This document shows positions 39,346-49,359 of a stretch of 64,000 nucleotides of DNA, one piece after another. Each line of letters begins with the position of its first letter. The stretch's first letter is position 1. Both the position numbers and the translations under genes were made by a program. The DNA comes from Bacteroidota bacterium (GTDB lineage Bacteria > Bacteroidota > Bacteroidia > Chitinophagales > LD1): contig JAFDYQ010000020.1 in assembly GCA_018267365.1 (NCBI GenBank), positions 1 through 64,000 of the forward strand, read 5' to 3'. A model generated the notes under the pieces. It saw nothing but the letters and a program-made list of their open reading frames with translations. It was not told where the DNA came from and did no database searches.

Positions 39346-39635
39346 GATACTTGAACTCAGGCAAAGAGATACATGTTCACGACTAATGGTCCCTGAGAGC
39401 AAGAGGAAATGATGTATGATCGGTACTGTGTGGCGTGGCCGGATATATTATATTCTGAGGGAGTGGTGCGCCGGATATGGCGGCTACTTCTACCAGTGAT
39501 TCCAGGATCTGAATGACGCGCTGACGATAAGACTGATAGATAGATATTTTACTCATGCACTGATAGTTACTGCCCGTGGGCTACTATCTTTTACGGAGCA
39601 TGCAGGATTATGTTTCAGGCTATTTTTGCCCCCTG

Positions 39636-40607
39636 CTATCGCTCCACCACTACCCTGCTGCGATAGGTGGTGAGGCCGTCCATACTGCGTATGCGCAGCA
39701 TATAGTCGCCTGCCGGCAGCGCCTCAGTGCATACCGTGTTGATACGGTCAGGCAGCGGCCCTTGGTATACTTTGCGGCCGGTAGCATCATACATCTCTGC
39801 CTGCGCTCCCACTTCCTTTTCCTCCAGGCCTATATATACCTGTGCAGTAGCAGGGTTGGGCCAGATAGCTACGTGATCTATCGCGCGCAGATCCGGCAGG
39901 CCGGTGGTCACAGGTAGCACGCTGGCATCGAAGCGCACACTATCCAGCCACAGCCTGGTGCCGATAGTAGGATAGGTAGCACCAGAGGCAAAAAAGATGA
40001 TCTGCAGCGAGTCGGGGCGGACCGTATCTGCATAGCTCAGGTCGTAGTAGTCTATGAGTGGTATCGCTATATTATACTGCCAGGCGCTATCGGGCGGCAG
40101 GGTGAAGGCCTCTGACAGCAGCTCAAACCGCGAGTGGGTCAGCGTATCCCAGCGTGTCAGTCCCACAGATATCACAGGCATATCGCCCGCTCCCGCAGGG
40201 CGTGTAGCCTTGTAGTCCAGGTAGAGGGTATCAGGTCTCAGCGTGTAGGGTATGTAGCCTAGCTGCAGGCCCGTACCCGTCGGCGGCTGTACATAGGACG
40301 CGCCTCCCAGTGCCGCAAAACCCGACAGCGTGACCCGTCCATATCCCGGCAGCGTGATCGTATCTACAGTGAGGAGCAGTGACGAGGAGTCGCTGCTGTA
40401 GTAGCCCGCCATGGTATCTCGCTGCGCCAGTCGTATGGCCGTATCAGAGAGAGCGGTATTGTGCGTACCTATCGCGCTGGCCCAGGTACCCCAGCCGTTT
40501 GGTGCCTGCGCTGCAGCCCAGTATTGAAAGCTGCCATTGGGTACCTGCTGGGCAGATACAGCTATGCACATGGTGAGCAAAGCGCAGAGCGCAAAGACTT
40601 TTTTCAT
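39636..40607 (-). CDS. T9SS type A CTD-containing secreted protein, function unknown
   Basis: Signal peptide MKKVFALCALLTMCIAVSAQ. C-terminus AIWPNPATAQVYIGL...MYDATGRKV...GDYMLRI matches the Por secretion tail. Confidence 0.7.
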   Translation of the reverse strand: MKKVFALCALLTMCIAVSAQQVPNGSFQYWAAAQAPNGWGTWASAIGTHNTALSDTAIRLAQRDTMAGYYSSDSSSLLLTVDTITLPGYGRVTLSGFAALGGASYVQPPTGTGLQLGYIPYTLRPDTLYLDYKATRPAGAGDMPVISVGLTRWDTLTHSRFELLSEAFTLPPDSAWQYNIAIPLIDYYDLSYADTVRPDSLQIIFFASGATYPTIGTRLWLDSVRFDASVLPVTTGLPDLRAIDHVAIWPNPATAQVYIGLEEKEVGAQAEMYDATGRKVYQGPLPDRINTVCTEALPAGDYMLRIRSMDGLTTYRSRVVVER

Positions 40608-40639
40608 CGTGGTAAAAGTAGGGAAAGAATGGTACATCT

Positions 40640-41020
40640 CTATTTGCCAGGATTATCCAGATTCGCATCGTAGATACTATCATAAACTCGCTCGTTTATT
40701 GTATCATGTTCAAACCCAGTCTTTGACAGCACGTCGCCATGGCTATACACTATCGTGCCAATCAGGAATGTGCGGCTAGTATCATAGTACTTCCACTCTC
40801 CTGTCTTCTCATTGCCATATCCCATAGTAACATGCTCGTCCAGTGTAGCAGGGTCTATCCGGAATATAGAATCTATCCATACCTCGCCAGTATAGTTGCC
40901 TTCTGCGATACAATGGCAGTATTTATTCCTCTCGGAGTAGAAGCCCTTCTTCGCAAAGGAATAGTTAGCACCTGTACAGGCGGCGACAATTATCAAGATG
41001 CTGATCAATATGGTTTTCAT
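40640..41020 (-). CDS. small hypothetical lipoprotein
   Basis: MKTILISILIIVAACTG lipobox. Confidence 0.45.
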   Translation of the reverse strand: MKTILISILIIVAACTGANYSFAKKGFYSERNKYCHCIAEGNYTGEVWIDSIFRIDPATLDEHVTMGYGNEKTGEWKYYDTSRTFLIGTIVYSHGDVLSKTGFEHDTINERVYDSIYDANLDNPGK

Positions 41021-41025
41021 CTCCC

Positions 41026-43089
41026 CTACTCTATATGCCACCGCAGGCCTATGTATCCTTTGATACCCTGATTGGGTGCATAGATATAAGAAGCATCAAA
41101 ACGGTAATTGTGCGGATTATTGTCCAGGTCTGTCACATATTTATTGAAGGGATCATTGCCGCGCAGGATCAGGTTAGCCGGGCGGAAATTGAGCAGGTTG
41201 CTGCCCCCGGCATAGATGTCCAGCCCAAACTTAAAGGTCTTGGTCACTTGCAGGTTCATCAGGCAGTACCACGGTGAGCGCTCCGCACGGTCATCTCCAT
41301 ACACGGTATTGAGGTACATGGGCGAGTTGATCAGGCCGGTCCAGTCTATAGATACCCCCGGCTTTTTGAATGCATAGGTCAGTACATAGTTTGCCGTATA
41401 GGCGGGTGCATTGATCACATTGCTGTAGACATATTGGCCGCCGGCATCTTGCGAGAGGTCCCTGTTTAGCATACCTGTCATGCCGATATGAGCCGATAGC
41501 GGAAACCTGAAATTCATATCTACATTCACATTGACACCTGTGCTGAAGTTGAGCGATCCGTCATTGCTATAGATCACCGCATCAGGCCTGGAGTGGATGT
41601 CTACTTCTATTTTATTGATGATAGTGTTGAAGAATCCGTTAGCCTCTACATTGAAATTTCCCTTTGCATTGATCTTGCGCTCATAGCTCAGGTGCGCGCC
41701 ATAGCTTAGCTCGGTCTTGATGTCACCGCTGATGATGATCTCCTTGTTGTTGGTAAAGGCATACCTGTCATCTGAGAAAACATTGGGCGTGCGAAAGCCG
41801 CTCCCCAGGCCAAAGCGCACGAAGTCCAGCTTCGGCACCGACGACCACTTGTAGTCAAAGCGCGGGCAGATGGCGTTACCTTTATACAGCGAGTTGTACT
41901 CATACCGTATGCCTGCCAGTATCTCGTTCTGCGGATTGAGGTGTATCATGTCTTGTATGAAAACCGCCGCAAAGTGATTGATCAGTGGATGCGTGGCTCC
42001 GCTGGCAGAGTCCACATCAGAGATATTGTCTTTATACCAGTAGAGTTTGTACATGGCCCCCACCATCATCTCGCTGATGCCTCCTACTTTATTGTCATAG
42101 AGAAACTGCAGTCGCCCGTTGCGCTCGTGGTTATTAAACGGATTGTAGCCATACCAGGCATTTTGTGCATGGTCTGTGTATGATATCTGCAGAGACACGT
42201 TCTCTTTTTTCACAGGCAGGAGGAAATTGCCAAAGACCTCAAACCTGCTGGTCCGTACCCGCTCCCCATAGACAGAGTCCGAGCCAAACCACCTGCGCGA
42301 GTAGGCCAGCTGCCCGCCCATGCGGTCCTCATAGATATAGCGGCCGTAGATAGAGGATAGCTTCTTATACTTATTCCGAAAGGTCCACTTGGTAAATAGT
42401 GACCCTCTCGTAGTAAGGGGGATATCGGTATAGCCATCGCGGTCTTTGTCCCAGTGGCTGCCCATCTGGTACAGGTTGGCGGTGATGATGCCGTTTGCCT
42501 TCTGCGCTTTGATATTAAACCCTACCTCCGCATTCAGCTCATTGTAGCTGCTGTATCTCAGATTGCCAAAGAACTTAGGCGTGCGCTCAGAGCTTTTGGT
42601 GATCACATTGACCACGCCCGCCACCGCGTCAGATCCGTACACGGTAGACGCCGGCCCCTTGATCACCTCTATGCGGTCTATGATCGCCATAGAGATACCC
42701 TCCAGGCCGTAGACATTGTTATTGCCGCCTGATATCGGCAGGCCGTCTATCGTGATCAGTGTGTAGATACCCTCCTGGCCATTTATCTCTATATCATTAG
42801 CGCCATCTATAGCGCCATCCAGATTGGCCTGTATACCGCTGATCATAGCCATAGCCTGCGAGAGGTTGGTCACATTACTTTTGAGAAAGTAGGACTGCGG
42901 GTAGATCTCTACCGGTATGGCAAAGTCATCCTTGCGCAGCTCCTTTAGCGTACCGGTATACACGAACTCTTTGAGGTTCACAGAGTCCATTTGCGCGTAC
43001 AGCCGCGCACTGCATAGCAGCCATAGGATGGCTACGCTGCACATACGGGCGAGCGTATGAGGTGTGGATCGCGGGCGAGGGGCAGTCAT
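41026..43089 (-). CDS. TonB-dependent receptor (plug plus beta-barrel)
   Basis: Signal peptide MCSVAILWLLCSARLYAQ. Plug-domain motifs (IEVIKGPASTVYGSDAVAGVVNVITK). C-terminal barrel ending ...GLRWHIE. Alternative starts at 43044 and 43164. Confidence 0.8.
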   Translation of the reverse strand: MTAPRPRSTPHTLARMCSVAILWLLCSARLYAQMDSVNLKEFVYTGTLKELRKDDFAIPVEIYPQSYFLKSNVTNLSQAMAMISGIQANLDGAIDGANDIEINGQEGIYTLITIDGLPISGGNNNVYGLEGISMAIIDRIEVIKGPASTVYGSDAVAGVVNVITKSSERTPKFFGNLRYSSYNELNAEVGFNIKAQKANGIITANLYQMGSHWDKDRDGYTDIPLTTRGSLFTKWTFRNKYKKLSSIYGRYIYEDRMGGQLAYSRRWFGSDSVYGERVRTSRFEVFGNFLLPVKKENVSLQISYTDHAQNAWYGYNPFNNHERNGRLQFLYDNKVGGISEMMVGAMYKLYWYKDNISDVDSASGATHPLINHFAAVFIQDMIHLNPQNEILAGIRYEYNSLYKGNAICPRFDYKWSSVPKLDFVRFGLGSGFRTPNVFSDDRYAFTNNKEIIISGDIKTELSYGAHLSYERKINAKGNFNVEANGFFNTIINKIEVDIHSRPDAVIYSNDGSLNFSTGVNVNVDMNFRFPLSAHIGMTGMLNRDLSQDAGGQYVYSNVINAPAYTANYVLTYAFKKPGVSIDWTGLINSPMYLNTVYGDDRAERSPWYCLMNLQVTKTFKFGLDIYAGGSNLLNFRPANLILRGNDPFNKYVTDLDNNPHNYRFDASYIYAPNQGIKGYIGLRWHIE

Positions 43090-43288
43090 CGTACACGCTA
43101 AACTTAATGAGATTTTCTGACGCCCTGTGTTACTTTTTGGCAGGCCGCAGTTTGTGTCGGTCAATGGTCTTTCTCAGAAAAAATAAGTGTATTCCGGCAC
43201 TACGCAAATCCATTGCGCAGTGGGCCGGTATATTGCACCTCGTCCTGCATGCTGCAGGTTTTCATTCTTCACTTTAAAAACAATACCT

Positions 43289-43819
43289 ATGTCCGCACCT
43301 GCCGGCAATACCAATGCGACCAAGTGGACGCGCTCCGCTACCATATCCATGCTCCATAAGATCGAGGAGCTTGCGCTCGATGAATCCATCTTCACCCTCT
43401 CACAGGCACTGCTGCGCCTCCGCTGCTACAAGCAGCTCTGGACCTACTGGAAAAACATGTGGGCCCTCGATGCCGATATCATGGACCATATCTATTTCAT
43501 AGAGCAGCTGTTTATGAATAAGCTCGAAGAAGCGGCTCTCTTCAAGCGGCTCAATCCCTCTGCCTGCTACTTTATCCTGCGGCAAAACTATGGCTATGAT
43601 GCCCGCGGCAAAGACGAACTGCCCTCGCATCTCGTGGCAGATCTGGAGCCACCACAGACCGATACTCCGGATGCGACCATACAGAAAAAGGACGATAAGA
43701 AACCACCCGTCACCACTGCCATGCGCGGAGTACTACAGGATCATATGCCGGAAACTACGGCAATGCATAGCGAGGCAGACAGCAGTCAGCGCCAGGCCGG
43801 ACACAGCCTGCGACGGTAG
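43289..43819 (+). CDS. hypothetical protein
   Basis: 176-aa soluble protein with no recognisable motif. Divergent from the TonB-dependent receptor and upstream of ExbD. Confidence 0.4.
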   Translation: MSAPAGNTNATKWTRSATISMLHKIEELALDESIFTLSQALLRLRCYKQLWTYWKNMWALDADIMDHIYFIEQLFMNKLEEAALFKRLNPSACYFILRQNYGYDARGKDELPSHLVADLEPPQTDTPDATIQKKDDKKPPVTTAMRGVLQDHMPETTAMHSEADSSQRQAGHSLRR

Positions 43820-43909
43820 CTTTTGTCACTGCTCTGTCATAAGTGATTCTATTTGAGTTCTTCTCTGTGGAATCCTCACGGCACAGGCATCTCGCCATAA
43901 AACAACACT

Positions 43910-44458
43910 ATGGCCGAGATCACAGAAACCGACAACCATAAACGTGGCAGGAACCGCGCTAAAAAAGTAAACGTGCGGGTAGACCTCACTCCGATGGTAG
44001 ACCTCGCCTTCCTGCTCATCACCTTCTTCATGCTCACCACCACGCTCCTGGAGCAGCGCGCTATCCGGGTCCGGCAGCCTGACACGACCGGTGCACCTAC
44101 CAGCGTCTCAGAGTGCCAGCTCATCTACCTCCTCGCCGACTCCGGCAGCGCCTACTACACCTGGGAGGGCCTGGAGTGCCACAGCGTCACGCCCATAGCG
44201 CTGCGTGGGTCTAATAGCATCGCGCGCAAACTCAAAGACAAAAAAGCCTATCTCGCTACGCACTGCCTCTACCCCTCCGGAGGCAGCAAGGAGGTCCTCT
44301 GCATCATCAAGCTCCTGCCAGGCAGCCGCTATGAGCAGATGGTAGCCCTGATAGATGAGATGCAGCAGGACTCCATAGCCACCTACACCATACAGGACTA
44401 CACCGCTGACGAGCTCCGTGCCGTCCGCACCGAGTGTACCCGGCTCGCCCTGCACTGA
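43910..44458 (+). CDS. biopolymer transport protein ExbD/TolR family
   Basis: RVDLTPMVDLAFLLITFFMLTT: the ExbD/TolR N-terminal anchor and motif. Confidence 0.7.
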   Translation: MAEITETDNHKRGRNRAKKVNVRVDLTPMVDLAFLLITFFMLTTTLLEQRAIRVRQPDTTGAPTSVSECQLIYLLADSGSAYYTWEGLECHSVTPIALRGSNSIARKLKDKKAYLATHCLYPSGGSKEVLCIIKLLPGSRYEQMVALIDEMQQDSIATYTIQDYTADELRAVRTECTRLALH

Positions 44459-44500
44459 CTCTCCCTCGGTTCAAAAACAATTCCGGCATACGCTCTTATT

Positions 44501-44653
44501 GGAGAGGTGGCTGGTAAGCCTTCCCCTTTGGGGAAGGTTTGGATGGGGCCTTTGTTGGGTTAAGGTCGGCTGTTTGCATTAGCCCTCTCCTTCGGAGAGG
44601 GTTGGGAGAGGTGGCTGTTTAGCCTTCCCCTTTGGGGAAGGTTGGATGAGGCC
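44501..44653. repeat. two direct repeats of about 50 bp, each with a GC-rich hairpin, flanking a third hairpin
   Basis: ggagaggtggctgGTAagccttcccctttggggaaggtttggatggggcc (44501..44550) and ggagaggtggctgTTTagccttcccctttggggaaggttggatgaggcc (44604..44653). A central hairpin ccctctcc-ttcg-ggagaggg lies between them. Confidence 0.7.
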
Positions 44654-44683
44654 GGCTGTCCCTATTTTCCGTATTTTAGCAGT

Positions 44684-46084
44684 ATGATCGTAGAGCAACT
44701 TTACACCGGCTGCCTTTCCGAGGCCGCCTACTACATAGAGAGCCGCGGCGAGGCCGCTATCATAGATCCCCTCCGCGAGACAGGTCCCTATATCCGCCGC
44801 GCGGATAAAGACCGCGCCAGGATCAAGTATGTCTTTGAGACACACTTCCACGCAGACTTTGTATCCGGTCATGTGGAGCTGGCCCACAAGACCGGCGCTA
44901 AGATCGTCTATGGCCCCATGGCCTCTTGCGGCTTTGACTGCTACATCGCTGCTGATGGAGAAGAATTTAAGATCGGCGATGTGACCATCCGTGTGCTGCA
45001 TACGCCCGGCCACACGCTGGAGAGTAGTACCTACCTGCTACTCGATGAGGCCGGCAAACCGTATTGCATCTTTACTGGAGATACACTCTTCATAGGTGAT
45101 GTAGGCCGCCCCGATCTGGCCATCAAGGCCGATGTCACAGTGACCGATCTCGCAGGTATGCTCTATGACTCGCTGCGCACCCGTATCCTGCCCCTGCCGG
45201 ATGATGTGATAGTCTACCCTGCTCATGGCGCGGGCTCTGCCTGCGGCAAGAACCTCGCTAAAGAGACCTACGATACCCTCGGCCATCAGAAAGAGACTAA
45301 CTATGCCCTGAAGGCACAGACAAAGGAAGAGTTTGTCCAGGCCATCACAGACGGATTAGCACCCGCTCCCAGGTATTTCCCTCTGAACGCTATGCTCAAT
45401 AAGAACGGTGCACAGTCTCTGGACGAGGTCAATAAGACCGGCCTCCGCGCCCTCTCCCCTGCTGACTTTGAGGCGCTGGCCTACACCGGAGATGTGCTCA
45501 TACTGGATACACGTGCGCCACAGGACTTTGCCCGGGGCTTTGTGCCCGGCTCTATCAATATCGGTATAGACGGGCAGTTTGCCCCGTGGGTCGGTGCACT
45601 GATCCCCACGCTGGACCAGCCCATCCTGCTGGTCACAGATGCAGGCCGGGAGGAGGAGACAGTGATGCGACTGGCGCGCGTAGGCTATGATGGTACGCTG
45701 GGCTACCTGAGTGGAGGCGTGACTGCATGGCGCGACTCTGGCAAGGATGTGGATCAGATAGAGAGCATTTCCGCGGCTGACTTTGCCTCGCAGCACTGGA
45801 GTGATAGTATAAATGTGCTGGACATCCGCCGCCCCGGCGAATACGAAACAGCGCACCTGCCGCATGTGCCTAATAGGCCCCTCGACTACATAGATGACTG
45901 GATGGGAACTATCGATAAAGACAAGAAGTACTATATCCACTGCGCCGGTGGCTACCGCTCTATGATCGCCGCGTCTATCTTCCGCTCTCGCGGCGTAGCT
46001 CAGGTGGTAAACATAGAGGGCGGCTACGGCGCCATAGCCAAGACGGAACTGCCCAAAGAGATCGGTGCTGGTCTGGTAGTTTAG
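44684..46084 (+). CDS. MBL-fold metallo-hydrolase fused to rhodanese domains (persulfide dioxygenase-like)
   Basis: THFHADFVSGH metal-binding motif. The C-terminal rhodanese domain has the active-site loop CAGGYRS. Confidence 0.7.
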   Translation: MIVEQLYTGCLSEAAYYIESRGEAAIIDPLRETGPYIRRADKDRARIKYVFETHFHADFVSGHVELAHKTGAKIVYGPMASCGFDCYIAADGEEFKIGDVTIRVLHTPGHTLESSTYLLLDEAGKPYCIFTGDTLFIGDVGRPDLAIKADVTVTDLAGMLYDSLRTRILPLPDDVIVYPAHGAGSACGKNLAKETYDTLGHQKETNYALKAQTKEEFVQAITDGLAPAPRYFPLNAMLNKNGAQSLDEVNKTGLRALSPADFEALAYTGDVLILDTRAPQDFARGFVPGSINIGIDGQFAPWVGALIPTLDQPILLVTDAGREEETVMRLARVGYDGTLGYLSGGVTAWRDSGKDVDQIESISAADFASQHWSDSINVLDIRRPGEYETAHLPHVPNRPLDYIDDWMGTIDKDKKYYIHCAGGYRSMIAASIFRSRGVAQVVNIEGGYGAIAKTELPKEIGAGLVV

Positions 46085-46230
46085 CCGAGAGCGGAGCACT
46101 GTTTACAGTCAAAAAACTAAGGATCACATAGATAGTCTTGTAGTAGTTCGGATTATCGCCACTTTTATTGAAAGCCTCACCGCATTCACCGATAGATTTT
46201 ATTAGTTTGCGGAGTTATCAAAACCTTGAC

Positions 46231-47808
46231 ATGAGTGTACCCCAGGAGCTGATCCTCACTATAGACCTCGGCACGTCCGGCCCCAAAGTTTCCGTCTTTG
46301 ACGCAAAAGCGCAGTTGATAGATTATGAGTTTGAAGAGACCCCGCTCCTCCTCGTGGGCGACGATGGCCGTGAGCAGCGCCCCTCTGACTGGATCAGCGC
46401 TATCAGGCACTGTTACAATGTCATCCGCCAGCGCGGCAAGTTCGATCCCCAAAATATCATCGCCCTCAATATCACCACGCAGTGGTCCGGCACGGTAGCC
46501 GTAGATGAGCGCGGCGATCCGCTGATGAACGCCATGATCTGGATGGATAGCCGCGGTGCCAAACAGGCACAAAAGCTCATGCACGGCCCGATCCGCATAG
46601 ATGGCTACGGTATCGGCAAGGCGCTTAAGTGGGTGCGCATCACAGGCGGCGGCCCAAGCCCTTCGGGCAAAGACTCGATCTCGCATATCCTCTACATTCA
46701 GAAGAAGCTACCTGAGATCTATAAGAAGACCTACAAATTTCTCGAGCCAAAGGACTATCTCAACCTGTACTTTACAGGCAAGTTTGCCGCGTCGTATGAC
46801 TCCATCACCGTGCACTGGCTCACAGACAATCGCGACATCAACAATGTCAGATACTCTGAGGAGCTGCTGCGTATCTCAGGCGTAGATGTAGCCAAGCTGC
46901 CGGATCTCGTACCTACCAACTCCCTTCTCGGCACGATCAAGAAAGAACTGGCGGAAGAGTTTGGTCTGCGTGATGACCTGAAGGTCATCTCCGGCACGCC
47001 AGACACGCACTCCGCAGCAGTCGGCTCCGGCGCGGTGAAGGATTTCGAACCGCACCTCTATATCGGCACCTCGTCTTGGCTCATCTGCCACACCCCGTGG
47101 AAGAAGACCGACCTATTCCACAATATGGGCTGCATCCCATCCGGTATACCGGGCAAGTACATGCTCGTAAATGAACAGGAGACCACCGGTGCCTGCCTGA
47201 ACTTCATCAAGAACAATGTCTTCTACCACGAGGATGATCTCAGCGTAGAGAAGGCTCCCAAAGATTTCTACAAGCGTCTGGATGTCGTCGCGAGCAAAGC
47301 TCCGGCTGGTAGCAACGGCGTCATCTTCACCCCATGGCTGAATGGTGAGCGCTCTCCGGTAGACGACCATTACGCACGCGGCGGCTTTCACAACCTCTCG
47401 CTGAATAGCAACCGCACCCACATGATCCGCTCTGTATTTGAGGGCATCGCCTGCAATAACCGCTGGCTATTGTCTTTTGCAGAGAAGCTGTGCGGCAAGA
47501 AGTTTGACTTCATACACTTCATAGGCGGCGGTGCCAACTCTGAGGTCTGGAGCCAAATCCTCGCAGACGTGATGGACCGCCCGGTGAAGCAGATGAAACA
47601 GCCCCTCAACGCCAATAGCCGCGGTGCCGCTCTCCTCGCCCTCATGAGCCTCGGCAAGCTGAAGGTGGAAGAAATACCCGCTATCACAGAGGTCAATAAA
47701 GTCTATCAGCCTAATCCCGAAAACAGGAAACTGTATGATGACCTCTTCACTCACTATGTGAAGATCTACGAGACCAATAAGGCGCTGTATAAGGAGTGGA
47801 ATAAATAA
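46231..47808 (+). CDS. FGGY-family carbohydrate kinase
   Basis: N-terminal LTIDLGTSGPKVSVFD (FGGY phosphate-1 motif). C-terminal FIGGGANSEVWSQILADV (FGGY C-terminal domain). Confidence 0.75.
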   Translation: MSVPQELILTIDLGTSGPKVSVFDAKAQLIDYEFEETPLLLVGDDGREQRPSDWISAIRHCYNVIRQRGKFDPQNIIALNITTQWSGTVAVDERGDPLMNAMIWMDSRGAKQAQKLMHGPIRIDGYGIGKALKWVRITGGGPSPSGKDSISHILYIQKKLPEIYKKTYKFLEPKDYLNLYFTGKFAASYDSITVHWLTDNRDINNVRYSEELLRISGVDVAKLPDLVPTNSLLGTIKKELAEEFGLRDDLKVISGTPDTHSAAVGSGAVKDFEPHLYIGTSSWLICHTPWKKTDLFHNMGCIPSGIPGKYMLVNEQETTGACLNFIKNNVFYHEDDLSVEKAPKDFYKRLDVVASKAPAGSNGVIFTPWLNGERSPVDDHYARGGFHNLSLNSNRTHMIRSVFEGIACNNRWLLSFAEKLCGKKFDFIHFIGGGANSEVWSQILADVMDRPVKQMKQPLNANSRGAALLALMSLGKLKVEEIPAITEVNKVYQPNPENRKLYDDLFTHYVKIYETNKALYKEWNK

Positions 47809-47904
47809 TATGCTGATGTGCTAATTTGAAGATGAGTCCAAATGGAATACATGATGTAACTTCCGCTCCCGATCAAATATTCAATCAAACAAACTTTTGC
47901 CCTG

Positions 47905-49359
47905 ATGGCTTCCCCTTTCGCAATATCAGAGTATCATAATACCGACGAGGTCTACGCCCAGATCAAAAAGCTCATGGCGCAGCCGCCGAGGCACCTGCCA
48001 AAGCCAGTGCTGGAGGCCTACGTAGTCCGGCTCGAAAAGACCTGCGCCAAGTCTAAGGTCATGACTGCCGAGGCCATGAACTACATCCCCGGTGGCGTGC
48101 AGCACAACCTCGCATTCAACTATCCTTTCCCGATAGTATTCAATAAGGCAGATGGCCCATACCTCTACGATCTCGATGGCAATCGCTACATCGACTTCAT
48201 ACAGGCGGGTGGCCCTACGGTACTCGGTAGCAATCCCGCCATCGTGCGTGAGAAGTGTATCGAGCTGCTGAATACCTGCGGCCCATCTACCGGCCTCTTC
48301 CACGAGTATGAGCTGAAGATCGCAAAGATGATCTGCGACAATATGCCGTCGGTAGATATGTTCCGCATGCTGAATAGCGGGTCGGAGTCGGTGATCGCCG
48401 CGGTGCGTACGGCGCGTATTATTACAGGCAAGAAGAAGATCATCAAAGTGGGCGGCGCCTACCACGGCTGGATGGACCAGATGGTCTACGGCATCCGCAT
48501 ACCGGGCACGGGCCGCTTTGAGTCGCACGGCATCCCGCGCGCATATACCTCGCACACACAGGAGGTGTACCCTAATGACCTCGGCCAGCTGGAGCGCACC
48601 ATGCAGCTCAATGTGCTGCGCGGCGGCACCGCAGCCGTGATACTCGAGCCACTAGGCCCCGAGAGCGGCACCTATCCATCGCAAAAGAACTACAACAAAG
48701 CCGTCCGCGAACTCTGCGACAAGTACGGCGCGCTCTTGATATTCGATGAGGTCGTGACCGCCTTCCGTGTAGGCATGAGCGGTGCACAGGGCTACTTTGA
48801 CATCAAGCCGGACCTGACAGTCTTTGGCAAGGTGGTGGCTGGTGGCTATCCATCTGCCGGTGGCCTGGGCGGCAAGAAGGAATACATGGAGTACCTCGCT
48901 GCAGGCCTTGGCGGCGGCAAGAAGAAGCAATCTAAAGTGGGCGGCACGATGGCTGCCAATCCGCTGAGCTGCGTAGCGGGCTATTACACTTTGGTAGAGA
49001 TACAAAAACAAAACGCCTGCGAGAAAGCGGGCCGTGCAGGCGATCGCCTCACAAAGGGTCTGCAAGAGATGATGAAGCGCTACGACCTGCCGTTTGTAGC
49101 CTACAATCAGGGCTCCATCTGCCACCTCGAGTCTGCCGGCACCCTTTTCGTCAAGATCAACTACCTGAAGATACTGAAGGTGCTCAAAGAGATCAAGGAG
49201 CGCAAGGAGATGATGGAACACATGGGTGCGGCCTACACCGCAGAGGGTATCATCACCCTCGCCGGTAGCCGCATGTACACCAGCATGGCTGATACAGATG
49301 AGGTGATAGACGATGCGCTGAACCGCTTTGACAGGGTCTTTAGCAAGATGAAGAAATGA
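47905..49359 (+). CDS. class III aminotransferase (glutamate-1-semialdehyde aminomutase-like)
   Basis: NSGSESV, LIFDEVVTAFR, and TVFGKVVAGGYP, which carries the PLP-binding Lys. Confidence 0.75.
   Translation: MASPFAISEYHNTDEVYAQIKKLMAQPPRHLPKPVLEAYVVRLEKTCAKSKVMTAEAMNYIPGGVQHNLAFNYPFPIVFNKADGPYLYDLDGNRYIDFIQAGGPTVLGSNPAIVREKCIELLNTCGPSTGLFHEYELKIAKMICDNMPSVDMFRMLNSGSESVIAAVRTARIITGKKKIIKVGGAYHGWMDQMVYGIRIPGTGRFESHGIPRAYTSHTQEVYPNDLGQLERTMQLNVLRGGTAAVILEPLGPESGTYPSQKNYNKAVRELCDKYGALLIFDEVVTAFRVGMSGAQGYFDIKPDLTVFGKVVAGGYPSAGGLGGKKEYMEYLAAGLGGGKKKQSKVGGTMAANPLSCVAGYYTLVEIQKQNACEKAGRAGDRLTKGLQEMMKRYDLPFVAYNQGSICHLESAGTLFVKINYLKILKVLKEIKERKEMMEHMGAAYTAEGIITLAGSRMYTSMADTDEVIDDALNRFDRVFSKMKK

Noticed and set aside
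44579-45013. 144-aa minus-strand ORF spanning the hairpin repeats and the start of the MBL gene
   Set aside because: It overlaps real coding sequence in antisense, and its 3' part consists of the GC-rich hairpin repeats; likely non-coding.
45356-46099. 247-aa minus-strand ORF inside the MBL-rhodanese gene
   Set aside because: Antisense. The plus-strand frame carries the clear HxHxD and CAGGYRS motifs.
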